Below, piece by piece: positions 1 through 9,985 of a stretch of DNA of 64,000 bases (within the stretch, counting starts at the first letter, position 1; every line of letters starts with the position of its first letter). The position numbers were made by a program, and so were the translations under genes. The stretch comes from Acholeplasma sp. (GTDB taxonomy: Bacteria > Bacillota_I > Bacilli_A > Acholeplasmatales > UBA5453), in NCBI GenBank assembly GCA_036677365.1, contig JAVBWN010000016.1, positions 44,488 through 108,487 of the forward strand. Direction: 5' to 3'. Below the pieces are notes generated by a model that did not search any database, was not told the DNA's origin, and was given only the letters and a program-made list of their open reading frames with translations.

Positions 1-2
1 GT

Positions 3-1478
3 ATCCGCCTATTCATAAAAACAAACATATTTGTCAATCCAAATGAAGGTAGAAGAACCCTCATCATTGGTGCTGGTTCCGCTGGTGAACTGGTATTAAG
101 AGAAATCTACCGTAATAAAGATTTAACCAACCACCCTGTCGCATTCCTCGATGACAATCCGAACAAGATTGGCAATCGATTGAATGGGATTTTAATCGTA
201 GGTCCAGTAGAACACATCAGTAAATTCATTGAAGACTATAATGTCGAAGAAATCATTCTAGCCATCGCTGATTACCCAATTGAAAAACTCAATTGGTTGG
301 TCAAAGAAGTATCTAAGTACAAACTCAAAATTAAGAAGTTACTATCCTATAGCGATGTCGATCGTGGCAATCCAAAAATTGTTAACGTTAAAGTTGAAGA
401 TTTACTCAACCGCCAAGAAATTCATTTAGACAATAAAGGCATATCTGCTTTTATTAAAGATGAAGTGGTTTTAGTCACCGGTGGCGGTGGGTCGATCGGC
501 AGTGAGCTTTGTAGACAAATCGCTGAACTCAAACCGAAAACACTCGTTATTTTTGATATCTATGAAAATAACGCCTATGATATTCAACAAGAACTATTAA
601 GAAAATTCTCCAAAGAACACCGCAGTGAAGAATTGCATCTAGTGGTAAGAATTGGATCTGTTTATAACAAACAAAGACTTGAAACCATCTTCCAAGAATT
701 CAAACCGACCATCGTATTCCACGCAGCTGCATACAAACACGTGCCACTCATGGAAGACAGTGCGGTTGAAGCCGTGAGAACCAATGTCATTGGTACGTAT
801 AACACTGCTTCATTATCGAATCAATATGGTGTAAAGAAGTTTGTTTTAGTTTCTTCGGATAAAGCTGTACGTTCGACCAACGTCATGGGTGCGACCAAAC
901 GTTTTGCAGAACTCATCATTCAAAACCAACAAACAGACAAAGGAACGAAGTTTTCTGCCGTTCGTTTTGGTAATGTCTTAGGCTCCAATGGGTCAGTCAT
1001 CCCATTATTTAAGAAGCAAATCGAAGATGGTGGTCCTGTTACGGTTACTCACCCTGAAATCAACCGTTTCTTTATGACCATTCCAGAAGCGGTCAGCCTA
1101 ATTTTACAATCCGCAGTGTACGCAGAAGGTGGCGAAGTATTTATCTTAGATATGGGTCAACCAGTGAAGATTAAAGACTTGGCAGAAAAGATGATTTCAC
1201 TTGCAGGGTATGAACCATATAAAGATATTCAAATTGAATTCACTGGGTTAAGACCAGGTGAAAAACTATTTGAAGAGCTTTTAGTCGATCACAATTATAC
1301 CGACCATAAAGCAACCGATAACGATAAGATTTACATTGAAAAACAAAAAGAAGTGTGTGACGAAGAATTGTCATTGGTAGATATTTTACTCACGTTTGAA
1401 GATAAGTCCAATGACGAAATTAAACACCTGGTTTCAAGTGTCGTTAAGACGTATAAAGTCAACGGCGTGGAACATTAA
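3..1478 (+). CDS. capD: CapD/PglF-like nucleoside-diphosphate sugar dehydratase (5' end outside window)
   Basis: Frame is open from position 3 (TLIIGAGSAG, AFLDDNPNKIG); motifs VTGGGGSIGSEL, HAAAYKHVP, SSDKAV, VRFGNVLGS, GLRPGEKL. Confidence 0.9.
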   Translation: MRLFIKTNIFVNPNEGRRTLIIGAGSAGELVLREIYRNKDLTNHPVAFLDDNPNKIGNRLNGILIVGPVEHISKFIEDYNVEEIILAIADYPIEKLNWLVKEVSKYKLKIKKLLSYSDVDRGNPKIVNVKVEDLLNRQEIHLDNKGISAFIKDEVVLVTGGGGSIGSELCRQIAELKPKTLVIFDIYENNAYDIQQELLRKFSKEHRSEELHLVVRIGSVYNKQRLETIFQEFKPTIVFHAAAYKHVPLMEDSAVEAVRTNVIGTYNTASLSNQYGVKKFVLVSSDKAVRSTNVMGATKRFAELIIQNQQTDKGTKFSAVRFGNVLGSNGSVIPLFKKQIEDGGPVTVTHPEINRFFMTIPEAVSLILQSAVYAEGGEVFILDMGQPVKIKDLAEKMISLAGYEPYKDIQIEFTGLRPGEKLFEELLVDHNYTDHKATDNDKIYIEKQKEVCDEELSLVDILLTFEDKSNDEIKHLVSSVVKTYKVNGVEH

Positions 1479-1493
1479 AAAGGGGTTAATACT

Positions 1494-3275
1494 ATGTGTG
1501 GCATTGTAGGTTACATCGGCAATAAAGAAGCCAAAGACGTCATTTTAGACGGATTAAAAAGACTCGAATATCGTGGATATGACTCAGCTGGTATGAGTCT
1601 TTTTAATACGCGATATCAAGTCTATGACGTATATAAAGACCAAGGTAGAGTCGATAAACTCGCCCAGTCTGTTGAAAATAGTCCGAATTCCAACATTGGT
1701 ATAGGACACACCCGTTGGGCAACCCACGGGAAAGTGAACAAGGTCAATGCGCACCCGCATTACTCACGTTCACGTCGTTTCATCATCGTTCATAATGGTG
1801 TTATTGAAAACTATCATCAGCTCAAAGAACAATACCTTCAAGGGGTCAAGTTCGAAAGCGATACAGACACCGAAGTCATTGCACAACTCATTGAAACTTT
1901 CGCTGGAACACTCAATGTTGAAAATGCGATTTTAACCACATTGAGATTACTTAGAGGTTCATACGCCTTACTCATTTTGGACAATCAAAATCCAGAACAG
2001 TTTTTCGCTGCCAAATACAAGAGCCCGCTCTTAATTGGTCGAGGTAAAGAAGGGGTCACCGTCGCTTCTGACCTCATGGCACTCATTGGTTACAGTGAAG
2101 AATACTTACCATTAGAAGACAAAACCTTCGTGGTAGCGAGCCGTGATCACGTTCAATTATATGACATCAATCATAGCCCTTTACAACCTAAATTCTGTAT
2201 CATCGATATGAGTAATGACGACGTTGAAAAAGGCGAATACGCCCACTTCATGTTAAAAGAAATTCACGAGCAACCTTCAGTTGTTCGTCGTATCGTTTCG
2301 AATTACTTCGATAACGGAAAATCCCGTATTGATGAGAAAATACTCGATGACATTAAAGCTTCCGATCGCATCTATATCCTAGCTGCAGGGACCTCCATGC
2401 ACGCGGGTTTAATCGGCAAAGTTTTATTTGAAAAGCTCGATCAAATCCCTGTTGAAGTGCATATCGCAAGTGAGTTTGCTTACCAAAAACCATTGCTGTC
2501 TAAAAAGCCATTTTTCATCCTTGTCTCGCAGTCTGGTGAGACCGCAGACTTAAGAGCGTGTTTAGTTAATATCAAGGAAATGAACTTTCCGATTTTAACT
2601 GTCACCAACGTACCAACCTCAACCCTTGCGAGAGAAGCGAAGTACTTTTTAGAACTATACGCTGGTCCTGAAATCGCAGTTGCGAGTACGAAAGCCTATG
2701 TCGCGCAAGTCGCTGTTTTATCATTAATTGCTTATGAATTATCCAATAAAGATTTTGATATTAGAGAAGAGCTAACAAAGGTCGCTTTGTCGATTGAAAA
2801 CTTCTTATCTTGTCAAACGATGTTAGATGTTACACGCTACTTATTGACCCATAGAAACTGTTTCTTCATTGGTAGGGGACTCGATTACTATACCGGACTG
2901 GAAGCGGCTTTAAAACTCAAAGAAATCTCTTATATTCAAACCGAAGGCTTCGCTGCTGGTGAACTCAAACATGGTACCATCGCGCTCATAGAGGAAGGTA
3001 CCCCAGTCATCGCGTTGATCTCGGATCCAAAGATTTCACACAACACCAGAAGTAATTTGAATGAAGTCATCGCACGTGGTGCGAGAACCATTCGAATTGT
3101 CACCAGTGAGGTCGCTGAAAATGGCGATGAAGTCATCGTGGATGCTGTTCACCCAATACTCACCCCAATGGTCATGGTCGTGCCTACCCAACTCTTGTCT
3201 TATTACGCTGCTTTAGAACGTAGTTTTGATATCGATAAGCCAAGAAATCTCGCAAAGAGCGTTACAGTTGAATAG
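1494..3275 (+). CDS. glmS: Glutamine--fructose-6-phosphate aminotransferase
   Basis: N-terminal MCGIVG, LEYRGYDSAG, GHTRWATHG, SQSGETAD, C-terminal PRNLAKSVTVE. Confidence 0.98.
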   Translation: MCGIVGYIGNKEAKDVILDGLKRLEYRGYDSAGMSLFNTRYQVYDVYKDQGRVDKLAQSVENSPNSNIGIGHTRWATHGKVNKVNAHPHYSRSRRFIIVHNGVIENYHQLKEQYLQGVKFESDTDTEVIAQLIETFAGTLNVENAILTTLRLLRGSYALLILDNQNPEQFFAAKYKSPLLIGRGKEGVTVASDLMALIGYSEEYLPLEDKTFVVASRDHVQLYDINHSPLQPKFCIIDMSNDDVEKGEYAHFMLKEIHEQPSVVRRIVSNYFDNGKSRIDEKILDDIKASDRIYILAAGTSMHAGLIGKVLFEKLDQIPVEVHIASEFAYQKPLLSKKPFFILVSQSGETADLRACLVNIKEMNFPILTVTNVPTSTLAREAKYFLELYAGPEIAVASTKAYVAQVAVLSLIAYELSNKDFDIREELTKVALSIENFLSCQTMLDVTRYLLTHRNCFFIGRGLDYYTGLEAALKLKEISYIQTEGFAAGELKHGTIALIEEGTPVIALISDPKISHNTRSNLNEVIARGARTIRIVTSEVAENGDEVIVDAVHPILTPMVMVVPTQLLSYYAALERSFDIDKPRNLAKSVTVE

Positions 3276-3284
3276 GAGAAATTT

Positions 3285-4592
3285 ATGGGAAAATATTTCG
3301 GTACGGATGGCATCCGTGGGGTTGCTTTTGAAAAACTCACCGCTGAACTCGCTTTTAAAGTGGGCTTAGCCATTGGGAAAGTAATTCACCCAAAACAAAT
3401 CGTCATTGGTACAGATACCAGACAATCGAATAACATGCTTGCTTACTCACTCGCCTCCGGCGCGATGAGTCAAGGCGTCGATGTGTTATTCGCTGGCGTC
3501 GTATCTACCCCAATGATTGCGTATTATAGTGAAATCCATCAAATCATTGGTGTCATGATCACCGCTTCTCACAACCCTTATTATGATAATGGGATTAAAA
3601 TCTTCGATCAAGGGTTTAAAACGGTCGATGAACTCGAATTAAAACTTGAAAACATCATCGACAACGGCCCATTTGACGTAGTAGAAAAATGGGGTAATTT
3701 AAACATCACGGAAGCTGTAGAAAAATTATATATTGAGTTTTATGACAAACTCGGATTGAAACCAAGTAACTTATCGATTGTATATGACAGTGCGCACGGT
3801 GCGAACTATCAAATCGCTAAAAAACTCTTTGATCAATATCACAAAAATGCCTTTCAAATCAATAACCAACCCGACGGATTAAACATCAATGTGGGTTGTG
3901 GCTCTACGCACATGGAAATGATTTCTGAGGTTGTTCAATCCAGAAAAGCAGACATTGGGTTTGCTTTTGATGGTGACGCTGACAGATGTTTGGTGGTGAA
4001 TAAAAAAGGTGAAGTGGTCGATGGCGACCAAATGATCTACCTTTTTGCAACCCACCTAAAATCCAAAGGTGAACTGCCTAAAAATCATGTGGTACTCACC
4101 AAGATGAGTAACCCAGGGATGTTAAAGAAACTCAAAGACAATGGCATCTCTTATTCACTCACCGATGTAGGCGATAAATACGTCTTTAAAGAAATGAATG
4201 ATCACGGTTACGGTCTTGGCGGTGAAGCTTCAGGACACATTATCTTGAATCATATTATGCACAGCGGCGATGGTTTATTATCCGCTTTATACCTCTTAAA
4301 AATCATTCAAGAAAGTGGTAAATCATTGGAAGAACTCTTAGGCGACATCGCTTTATACCCACTCAAGATGATCAATATTAAAAACGTGGATAAAGCCGTT
4401 CTAAAGCGAGATTCAGTCATCGCTTTATTGGAAGATGTCAAGAAAGTTTTAAAAGATGACTACTTATTATTGGTTAGACCGAGTGGCACAGAACCACTCA
4501 TCCGTGTGACAATGAGTTACCAGGATGAAGTGGTATTAGATAGAGAAATCAACCGTATCGTAGACTTAATTAAGAAAGAAGGTAGTGTGTGA
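3285..4592 (+). CDS. glmM: Phosphoglucosamine mutase
   Basis: YFGTDGIRG, ITASHNP, FDGDADR, GGEASGH, RPSGTEP; between glmS and glmU. Confidence 0.95.
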   Translation: MGKYFGTDGIRGVAFEKLTAELAFKVGLAIGKVIHPKQIVIGTDTRQSNNMLAYSLASGAMSQGVDVLFAGVVSTPMIAYYSEIHQIIGVMITASHNPYYDNGIKIFDQGFKTVDELELKLENIIDNGPFDVVEKWGNLNITEAVEKLYIEFYDKLGLKPSNLSIVYDSAHGANYQIAKKLFDQYHKNAFQINNQPDGLNINVGCGSTHMEMISEVVQSRKADIGFAFDGDADRCLVVNKKGEVVDGDQMIYLFATHLKSKGELPKNHVVLTKMSNPGMLKKLKDNGISYSLTDVGDKYVFKEMNDHGYGLGGEASGHIILNHIMHSGDGLLSALYLLKIIQESGKSLEELLGDIALYPLKMINIKNVDKAVLKRDSVIALLEDVKKVLKDDYLLLVRPSGTEPLIRVTMSYQDEVVLDREINRIVDLIKKEGSV

Positions 4593-5974
4593 TGAAAAAG
4601 TACGCTTTAATCTTAGCTGCGGGTAAAGGTACCCGTATGAGAACCGAGTTACCTAAATGTGCTTTCCCAATTTTAGGTAAACCGATGATTGAATACATTG
4701 TCGAAAATATCGAAAAAACAGACATCGATGAAATTGTCGCGATTGTGGGTCATAAAAAAGAAGTCATCATGGACTTACTGAAAGACCGTGCCAAATACGC
4801 AGTTCAAGAACAACAACTCGGTACTGGACACGCAGCACTATCTGCAGCACCACTACTTGAAGGTAAAGAAGGTACGACCTTCATTCTCCCTGGGGATATG
4901 CCACTCATGGAATACCCACTCATGGATAAGCTTATGAGAGCCCATGAAGAAATGGGTAACGACCTGACTGTCGTTACCATGGTTGTGGATTACCCTAAAG
5001 GTTATGGTCGTATCGTTAGAGATGAATACGGTACAGTCAAAGGGATTGTTGAAGAAAATGACTGCACTGAATCCGAAAAACAAATCAAAGAAGTCAACTC
5101 CTCTGTTTACATCGTGGATAACAAAGCGTTGTTTGAAACCTTAAAACAAATCAAAAAGAATGACCGTAAAGGTGAATACTATTTAACCGATATTGTTAGC
5201 TTGATGCATCAACATTATAAAGTGAATACATTCGTTGTTAGAAATTCCATGGTTACTATGGGAATCAATGACTTATACGCGATATCCATCGCTGAAAAGT
5301 ATTTAAGAGATTCCATCAATAAAGGCCATATGTTGTCTGGTGTTTCCATGGTGAACCCTGAAACGATTACCATTGGCCATAACGTTGTTATTGAAGAAGG
5401 TGTATGGATTTATCCAAACACATCCATCACGGGCAATTCAGTCATTAAAAAAGGTGCCATTATCGGACCGAATACAGAAGTTAAAGATTCCTTCATTGAT
5501 GAAGGGGCTGAAATTAGACACAGCTTAGTCATTGAAAGTAAAGTCGGTAAGAAAACAACAGTAGGACCATTCGCTCACTTAAGAGGTCACGCGAATATCG
5601 GGGATCACAACCGTATTGGTAACTTCGTTGAAGTGAAGAACTCAACCACAGGTGATGATACCAAAGCAGCACACTTAGCCTATATTGGTGACGCAGAAGT
5701 TGGCGAACGCGTAAACTTTGGTTGTGGATCTGTTACAGTCAACTATGATGGTGTCAAGAAACATAAAACTATCATCGGTAATGACGTCTTCATCGGATGT
5801 AACGTCAATATGGTCGCACCGATATCAATCAGTGACAATGTCTTTATCGCAGCTGGTTCTACAGTAACTAAAGACATTCCAAAAGGTTCATTGGCGATTG
5901 CGAGAAATCAGCAAATCAATAAAGAAGATTACTATAAATACTTAATTAAGCCTAAAGCAAGTGAAAAAGAATAG
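4589..5974 (+). CDS. glmU: Bifunctional UDP-GlcNAc pyrophosphorylase / glucosamine-1-P acetyltransferase
   Basis: LAAGKGTRM, QLGTGHA, GEYYLTD, GPFAHLR, GNFVEVK, hexapeptide repeats. Confidence 0.97.
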   Translation: MMKKYALILAAGKGTRMRTELPKCAFPILGKPMIEYIVENIEKTDIDEIVAIVGHKKEVIMDLLKDRAKYAVQEQQLGTGHAALSAAPLLEGKEGTTFILPGDMPLMEYPLMDKLMRAHEEMGNDLTVVTMVVDYPKGYGRIVRDEYGTVKGIVEENDCTESEKQIKEVNSSVYIVDNKALFETLKQIKKNDRKGEYYLTDIVSLMHQHYKVNTFVVRNSMVTMGINDLYAISIAEKYLRDSINKGHMLSGVSMVNPETITIGHNVVIEEGVWIYPNTSITGNSVIKKGAIIGPNTEVKDSFIDEGAEIRHSLVIESKVGKKTTVGPFAHLRGHANIGDHNRIGNFVEVKNSTTGDDTKAAHLAYIGDAEVGERVNFGCGSVTVNYDGVKKHKTIIGNDVFIGCNVNMVAPISISDNVFIAAGSTVTKDIPKGSLAIARNQQINKEDYYKYLIKPKASEKE

Positions 5975-5986
5975 ATAAAAACACAT

Positions 5987-6021
5987 AAAAAGCGATATTT
6001 TTGAAAAATATTGCTTTTTTT
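5987..6021 (+). terminator. Intrinsic terminator after glmU
   Basis: AAAAAGCGATATTT...AAATATTGCTTTTTTT inverted repeat with T-tract. Confidence 0.75.
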
Positions 6022-6082
6022 ATCGAAAAAACGGACAAAAACACGCAAAAAAACGTTTTATCAAGTGATAGAGGGTGGTAAA

Positions 6083-7354
6083 ATGAATTTTAATGAAGAA
6101 AATCAAAATGATTCAGTAATGGGTAGATTTACTATTGAAGATTTTTTTAGTTTACTAGAAAAATCAAAATTCAATGAGAAGATATTATCAACACGAGAAT
6201 ATTTGCTAAATCAGATGTATGATAATGGAATAAAGAAGAGTATAAGAAATTTCTATATTGATCCTATTAGAGATAATGTTGTTTTTTATCGTGGAATGGA
6301 TAATGAAGCTCATCCCGTTAGTCCCAGTATCACACGACTTATAAATCCTTTAGATGCAAAGATAGAGAGTCATTATTTGGGAACATTATTGAGATATCCT
6401 TTTTTAAATGAAGATTCAAATAGTGGCATATCTATAAAAATGATGGCTAGAATGCAACACTATAATTACAAATCACGATTAGTAGATATTACAGTGAACC
6501 CATTTGTTGCGATATATATGGCTTGTTATAACTCTTTCACAATAAACGGCAAATTGATTAAATTTGCTTATATTAATAACACTAAAAACGAAGGAAACGT
6601 TAATCAGTTGAAATCATTGCATTTTACTACTAGCATAAATGACTCGGTTAAAGATAATTTGCGTCTACTTGATTCCATTATAAGTAGTACACCCTTTAAA
6701 CAAAAAGTGAAAAATTACACTAATCAACCAGTTGGTATTATTGACTTACAATTGTTTAAGACTAATTCTGCATCATATGATCTGAGATATGATGCTCAAG
6801 AAGGTGCTTTTATCATGTTCATGAATGATTATCTTTCACCAGTTTCACCATTACAAACAAAATCCATGAGTAGACTTATTTATGAATATATAGATGCAAG
6901 TGACAAATACAGTTTACTGTATTTATTAGCAAAAAATCGGATTACTTACGTAACCATATACCCAGATAAAGAACTATCACATGAAATTATCAAAATATAT
7001 AACAAAGCCACAATAACGACAGGAATAAGTTCTCTAAATAATGATATCAGTCAATTAAAAAATGAGTTCATTGAATTGGCACACATTAATAAATACGATT
7101 TACTACACATTAAATCACTTTGTAAAAAATATTATAATGACCAGTCATTAATAGAATTTTTACTGACAGATTACATCAAACTGATCAATATGAAAAAGAA
7201 ACTCAAAAGTGATCGTATAAATTTACTAAAAACAAAACCTTTAAACGTTCAGTCCATGAATAAAATCAATTATGAGATTAATATACACAATGATGGGGTA
7301 AACAAACTAGCGAGTATTTCAAATGATTTAAAATTTAAGGTGCAATTAATATGA
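6083..7354 (+). CDS. FRG domain protein
   Basis: FYRG, SPSITR, MQHYNYKSRLVDITVNPFVAIYMAC and RYDAQEGAF match the FRG pattern; start moved to ATG 6083 behind GAGGGTGG. Confidence 0.75.
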   Translation: MNFNEENQNDSVMGRFTIEDFFSLLEKSKFNEKILSTREYLLNQMYDNGIKKSIRNFYIDPIRDNVVFYRGMDNEAHPVSPSITRLINPLDAKIESHYLGTLLRYPFLNEDSNSGISIKMMARMQHYNYKSRLVDITVNPFVAIYMACYNSFTINGKLIKFAYINNTKNEGNVNQLKSLHFTTSINDSVKDNLRLLDSIISSTPFKQKVKNYTNQPVGIIDLQLFKTNSASYDLRYDAQEGAFIMFMNDYLSPVSPLQTKSMSRLIYEYIDASDKYSLLYLLAKNRITYVTIYPDKELSHEIIKIYNKATITTGISSLNNDISQLKNEFIELAHINKYDLLHIKSLCKKYYNDQSLIEFLLTDYIKLINMKKKLKSDRINLLKTKPLNVQSMNKINYEINIHNDGVNKLASISNDLKFKVQLI

Positions 7355-7411
7355 TGATAATAAAAAATCCAAATGATTATACGAATAAATTTTATATAAT
7401 GAGGTTTTAAG

Positions 7412-9145
7412 ATGGAAAACTCAGTTGTATTAGAAAATCAATCCTCTGCAATATTTAGTATCTATAAACTGGATATTGATGCACTTGTTAATGATGAGGA
7501 CAACAACTTAATTTTTGAAGACAAAATAACCCCATTAGAAAAAGTAAATGCTTTTGTTGCCATTAGGTTGGCAAACCTAGACAGTAATTATATCTATAGT
7601 AATAATAATCATTTTCACACTTATTTATTCAATGCAGGGAATGTTGCTAAATGGAAAGAGTTTATTGAAGCATTTTTTTTGCATGAAAATGTTTCCGAAG
7701 ATGTTTTTAAAACAAAATTCCCATCGTATATTATTTTAAAAGAAATTGATAATAGTATTTATTTTATGACCGCGGGGTTAGCCAACTCTATTTTTAGCAA
7801 TTATAAAGAAAAGACATTTGGTTTGGATCTTGTACCTAAATTGATTGAAGAAGATGATTCAATCATCAAACATATAGCAGATCATAGAGTTTATGGGAAT
7901 AGAAACAATGTAAACTATGTAAATAGAATAGAATCTGCGTTTAATAACGAGATAAGTTATGAAGCAATATATAAAGAAATGGGTATAACTGCCAAAAAAG
8001 ATATACAAAGAAAAATTGGTTTATATGTTAGCGAAGATAGCAATGATACCCCGATATCTTTTGGTGCAGGTGTTCATATTGGTAAGAGAATATCAGCCAA
8101 CGAACTTAATAATATTATTAACACAATAAATATTTTGTACAGAGATGATACTAAAATCAACTTTGCACTAGGGTACATAGTTGATGCGAATCGTAAGGGC
8201 ATGAAGCAAAGTGCGATTACTGAAAACTATTTTGAAGCAATCGATAATGGAACAGGTGAGATAGAATTAAGCTATAATTATGAATTAAGCTATAATATAA
8301 AAGACTATATACTCGTAAACTCTAAAAATGCAGAATTGGTTGATGTTATGCAAAAATCAGGTGTAAACACGTTAACAAGTATTGATGATATTATTAAAAT
8401 AATTCGATATGAACAATCTAGGGGTAAAAAATCTAGAAATTTCATGAAGAATTATGCTTTATCATTCAATTACCAAAAGATTAAGTTTTTTGATTTGCTT
8501 GAAGTATCTCACCAGTTTAATGAAACCCAAGTATATCTTATTGATGGAATATGGTATGTTTTTGATACTACATACTTAGAATATCTAAATAGGAAATATA
8601 ACGCTCTAATAGAGGAATCAAAATCACATTATAATGGAAAACTATTAACCATTGATGTAAAATTCCTAGATAAAAAATTTATAAATGAAAATGAACTTAA
8701 AAAATCTATAGAAAATAGCACGATACTCATTGATTCAGATGAAAAATATTATAAAGGTATAGAAATTGCAGACGCAATATACTGTCAAGAAAACACCATC
8801 TACTTATTTCATAATAAATCATCCTTTGATGCTAAAGGTTGTAGAGACTTACTTGGACAAATAGATACTTCAAGCAACATTTTATTACACATGATGAGTA
8901 ATTACTTAGAAAATTTTGATGACACCAATCGATATGTTAACGATTTGAAAAAAAACAACACAACAAAAACTATTCATGTTGATGAATTTGATTCGTTATT
9001 AAAAAGTAGTTTGACAAAAATTGTTTATGTTGCATATTTCACGAGTATTATTCAGGAAAACAAAAAGTCAAACTATGTTAAATATCTAATAGAAACTACT
9101 CATTACAAATTGAAAGATAGAAAACATGGATTTATAGTAATTTAG
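7412..9145 (+). CDS. DUF6119 / TIGR04141-like protein, possible C-terminal PD-(D/E)xK-like nuclease
   Basis: FSIYKL, FGLDLV, VYLIDGIWYVFD, IEIADAIY...LFHNK resemble this family; AT-rich. Confidence 0.6.
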   Translation: MENSVVLENQSSAIFSIYKLDIDALVNDEDNNLIFEDKITPLEKVNAFVAIRLANLDSNYIYSNNNHFHTYLFNAGNVAKWKEFIEAFFLHENVSEDVFKTKFPSYIILKEIDNSIYFMTAGLANSIFSNYKEKTFGLDLVPKLIEEDDSIIKHIADHRVYGNRNNVNYVNRIESAFNNEISYEAIYKEMGITAKKDIQRKIGLYVSEDSNDTPISFGAGVHIGKRISANELNNIINTINILYRDDTKINFALGYIVDANRKGMKQSAITENYFEAIDNGTGEIELSYNYELSYNIKDYILVNSKNAELVDVMQKSGVNTLTSIDDIIKIIRYEQSRGKKSRNFMKNYALSFNYQKIKFFDLLEVSHQFNETQVYLIDGIWYVFDTTYLEYLNRKYNALIEESKSHYNGKLLTIDVKFLDKKFINENELKKSIENSTILIDSDEKYYKGIEIADAIYCQENTIYLFHNKSSFDAKGCRDLLGQIDTSSNILLHMMSNYLENFDDTNRYVNDLKKNNTTKTIHVDEFDSLLKSSLTKIVYVAYFTSIIQENKKSNYVKYLIETTHYKLKDRKHGFIVI

Positions 9146-9402
9146 AGCATGAATAATGAATTCATAACTGATATGTTGATAAGGTAGATACGATTAGTGA
9201 AACGCATTACGGTAATAGTCAATTCAATTAGATTCTAAAAAGAGATATGAATTCTTATAGTATTTATTGAACGTCGAATATTATCGATACAACTGGCCCA
9301 AATATATTAGGTATTAAGAAAAAAGAAAATAAGTATACAGCTTAATATCATAACAGATTAAGGTCACATTTATTAAAAATACGATATAGTAAGGAGAAGA
9401 AA

Positions 9403-9810
9403 ATGTTAGATAAAAATACAGCAGAAAAATTATGGAAAGACGTTTTTGGTAATGTTGAATGGGCTACTGATTGTTTCGGTACAACAATGCATCGAGATGC
9501 TTGGAGCAACGAACCGGTTATGCTATTAAAACCAGGAAACAATAGAAAGTATGATTATAGTTGGAACATAGATCATATTAGACCAAAATCTGATTTTCCA
9601 AAAGAGTCAGATGCAGACTTTTTCAATAATTTTGAACCTATGCATAGATTAAATAATGGTGCAAAAAGTGATAACTATCCTCACTTTGAGATTGATGGAA
9701 AAAAGTACAAAGTGTTCAAGCAAGAACAATATTATGGCTATGGAATTATCAGTGTTGCTGAAAACAAAAAAGTTGATTGGAAAAGCGTTCAAAATAGACA
9801 TTATAAATAA
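9403..9810 (+). CDS. HNH endonuclease-like protein
   Basis: WNIDHIRPKS...NNFEPMHRLNNGAK; RBS AAGGAG. Confidence 0.75.
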   Translation: MLDKNTAEKLWKDVFGNVEWATDCFGTTMHRDAWSNEPVMLLKPGNNRKYDYSWNIDHIRPKSDFPKESDADFFNNFEPMHRLNNGAKSDNYPHFEIDGKKYKVFKQEQYYGYGIISVAENKKVDWKSVQNRHYK

Positions 9811-9850
9811 CAGATAAAACAACAATGTGACTAATTTCTGTATAATTACT

Positions 9851-9880
9851 AAAGGTGTACTTTTTTTGAAGTACACTTTT
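9851..9880 (+). terminator. Hairpin terminator after the HNH gene
   Basis: AAAGGTGTACTT...AAGTACACTTTT. Confidence 0.6.
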
Positions 9881-9904
9881 ATTACATACTACACTTCTCA
9901 CTAA

Positions 9905-9922
9905 TGGTAAAAAAATTTACCA
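9905..9922. promoter_or_regulatory. Palindromic operator upstream of the XRE/ImmA gene
   Basis: TGGTAAA-AAAA-TTTACCA; a further TGGTAAAA half-site overlaps a TG-n-TAAAAT -10 near 9948. Confidence 0.5.
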
Positions 9923-9985
9923 ATAATCTTGTTATTGCTGAAATACATGGTAAAATATAAGTGTATTAAATAGGAGAGATGAAAA

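Noticed and set aside
1430..1493. glmS ribozyme
   Set aside because: Only 15 bp separate capD from glmS, leaving no room for the leader
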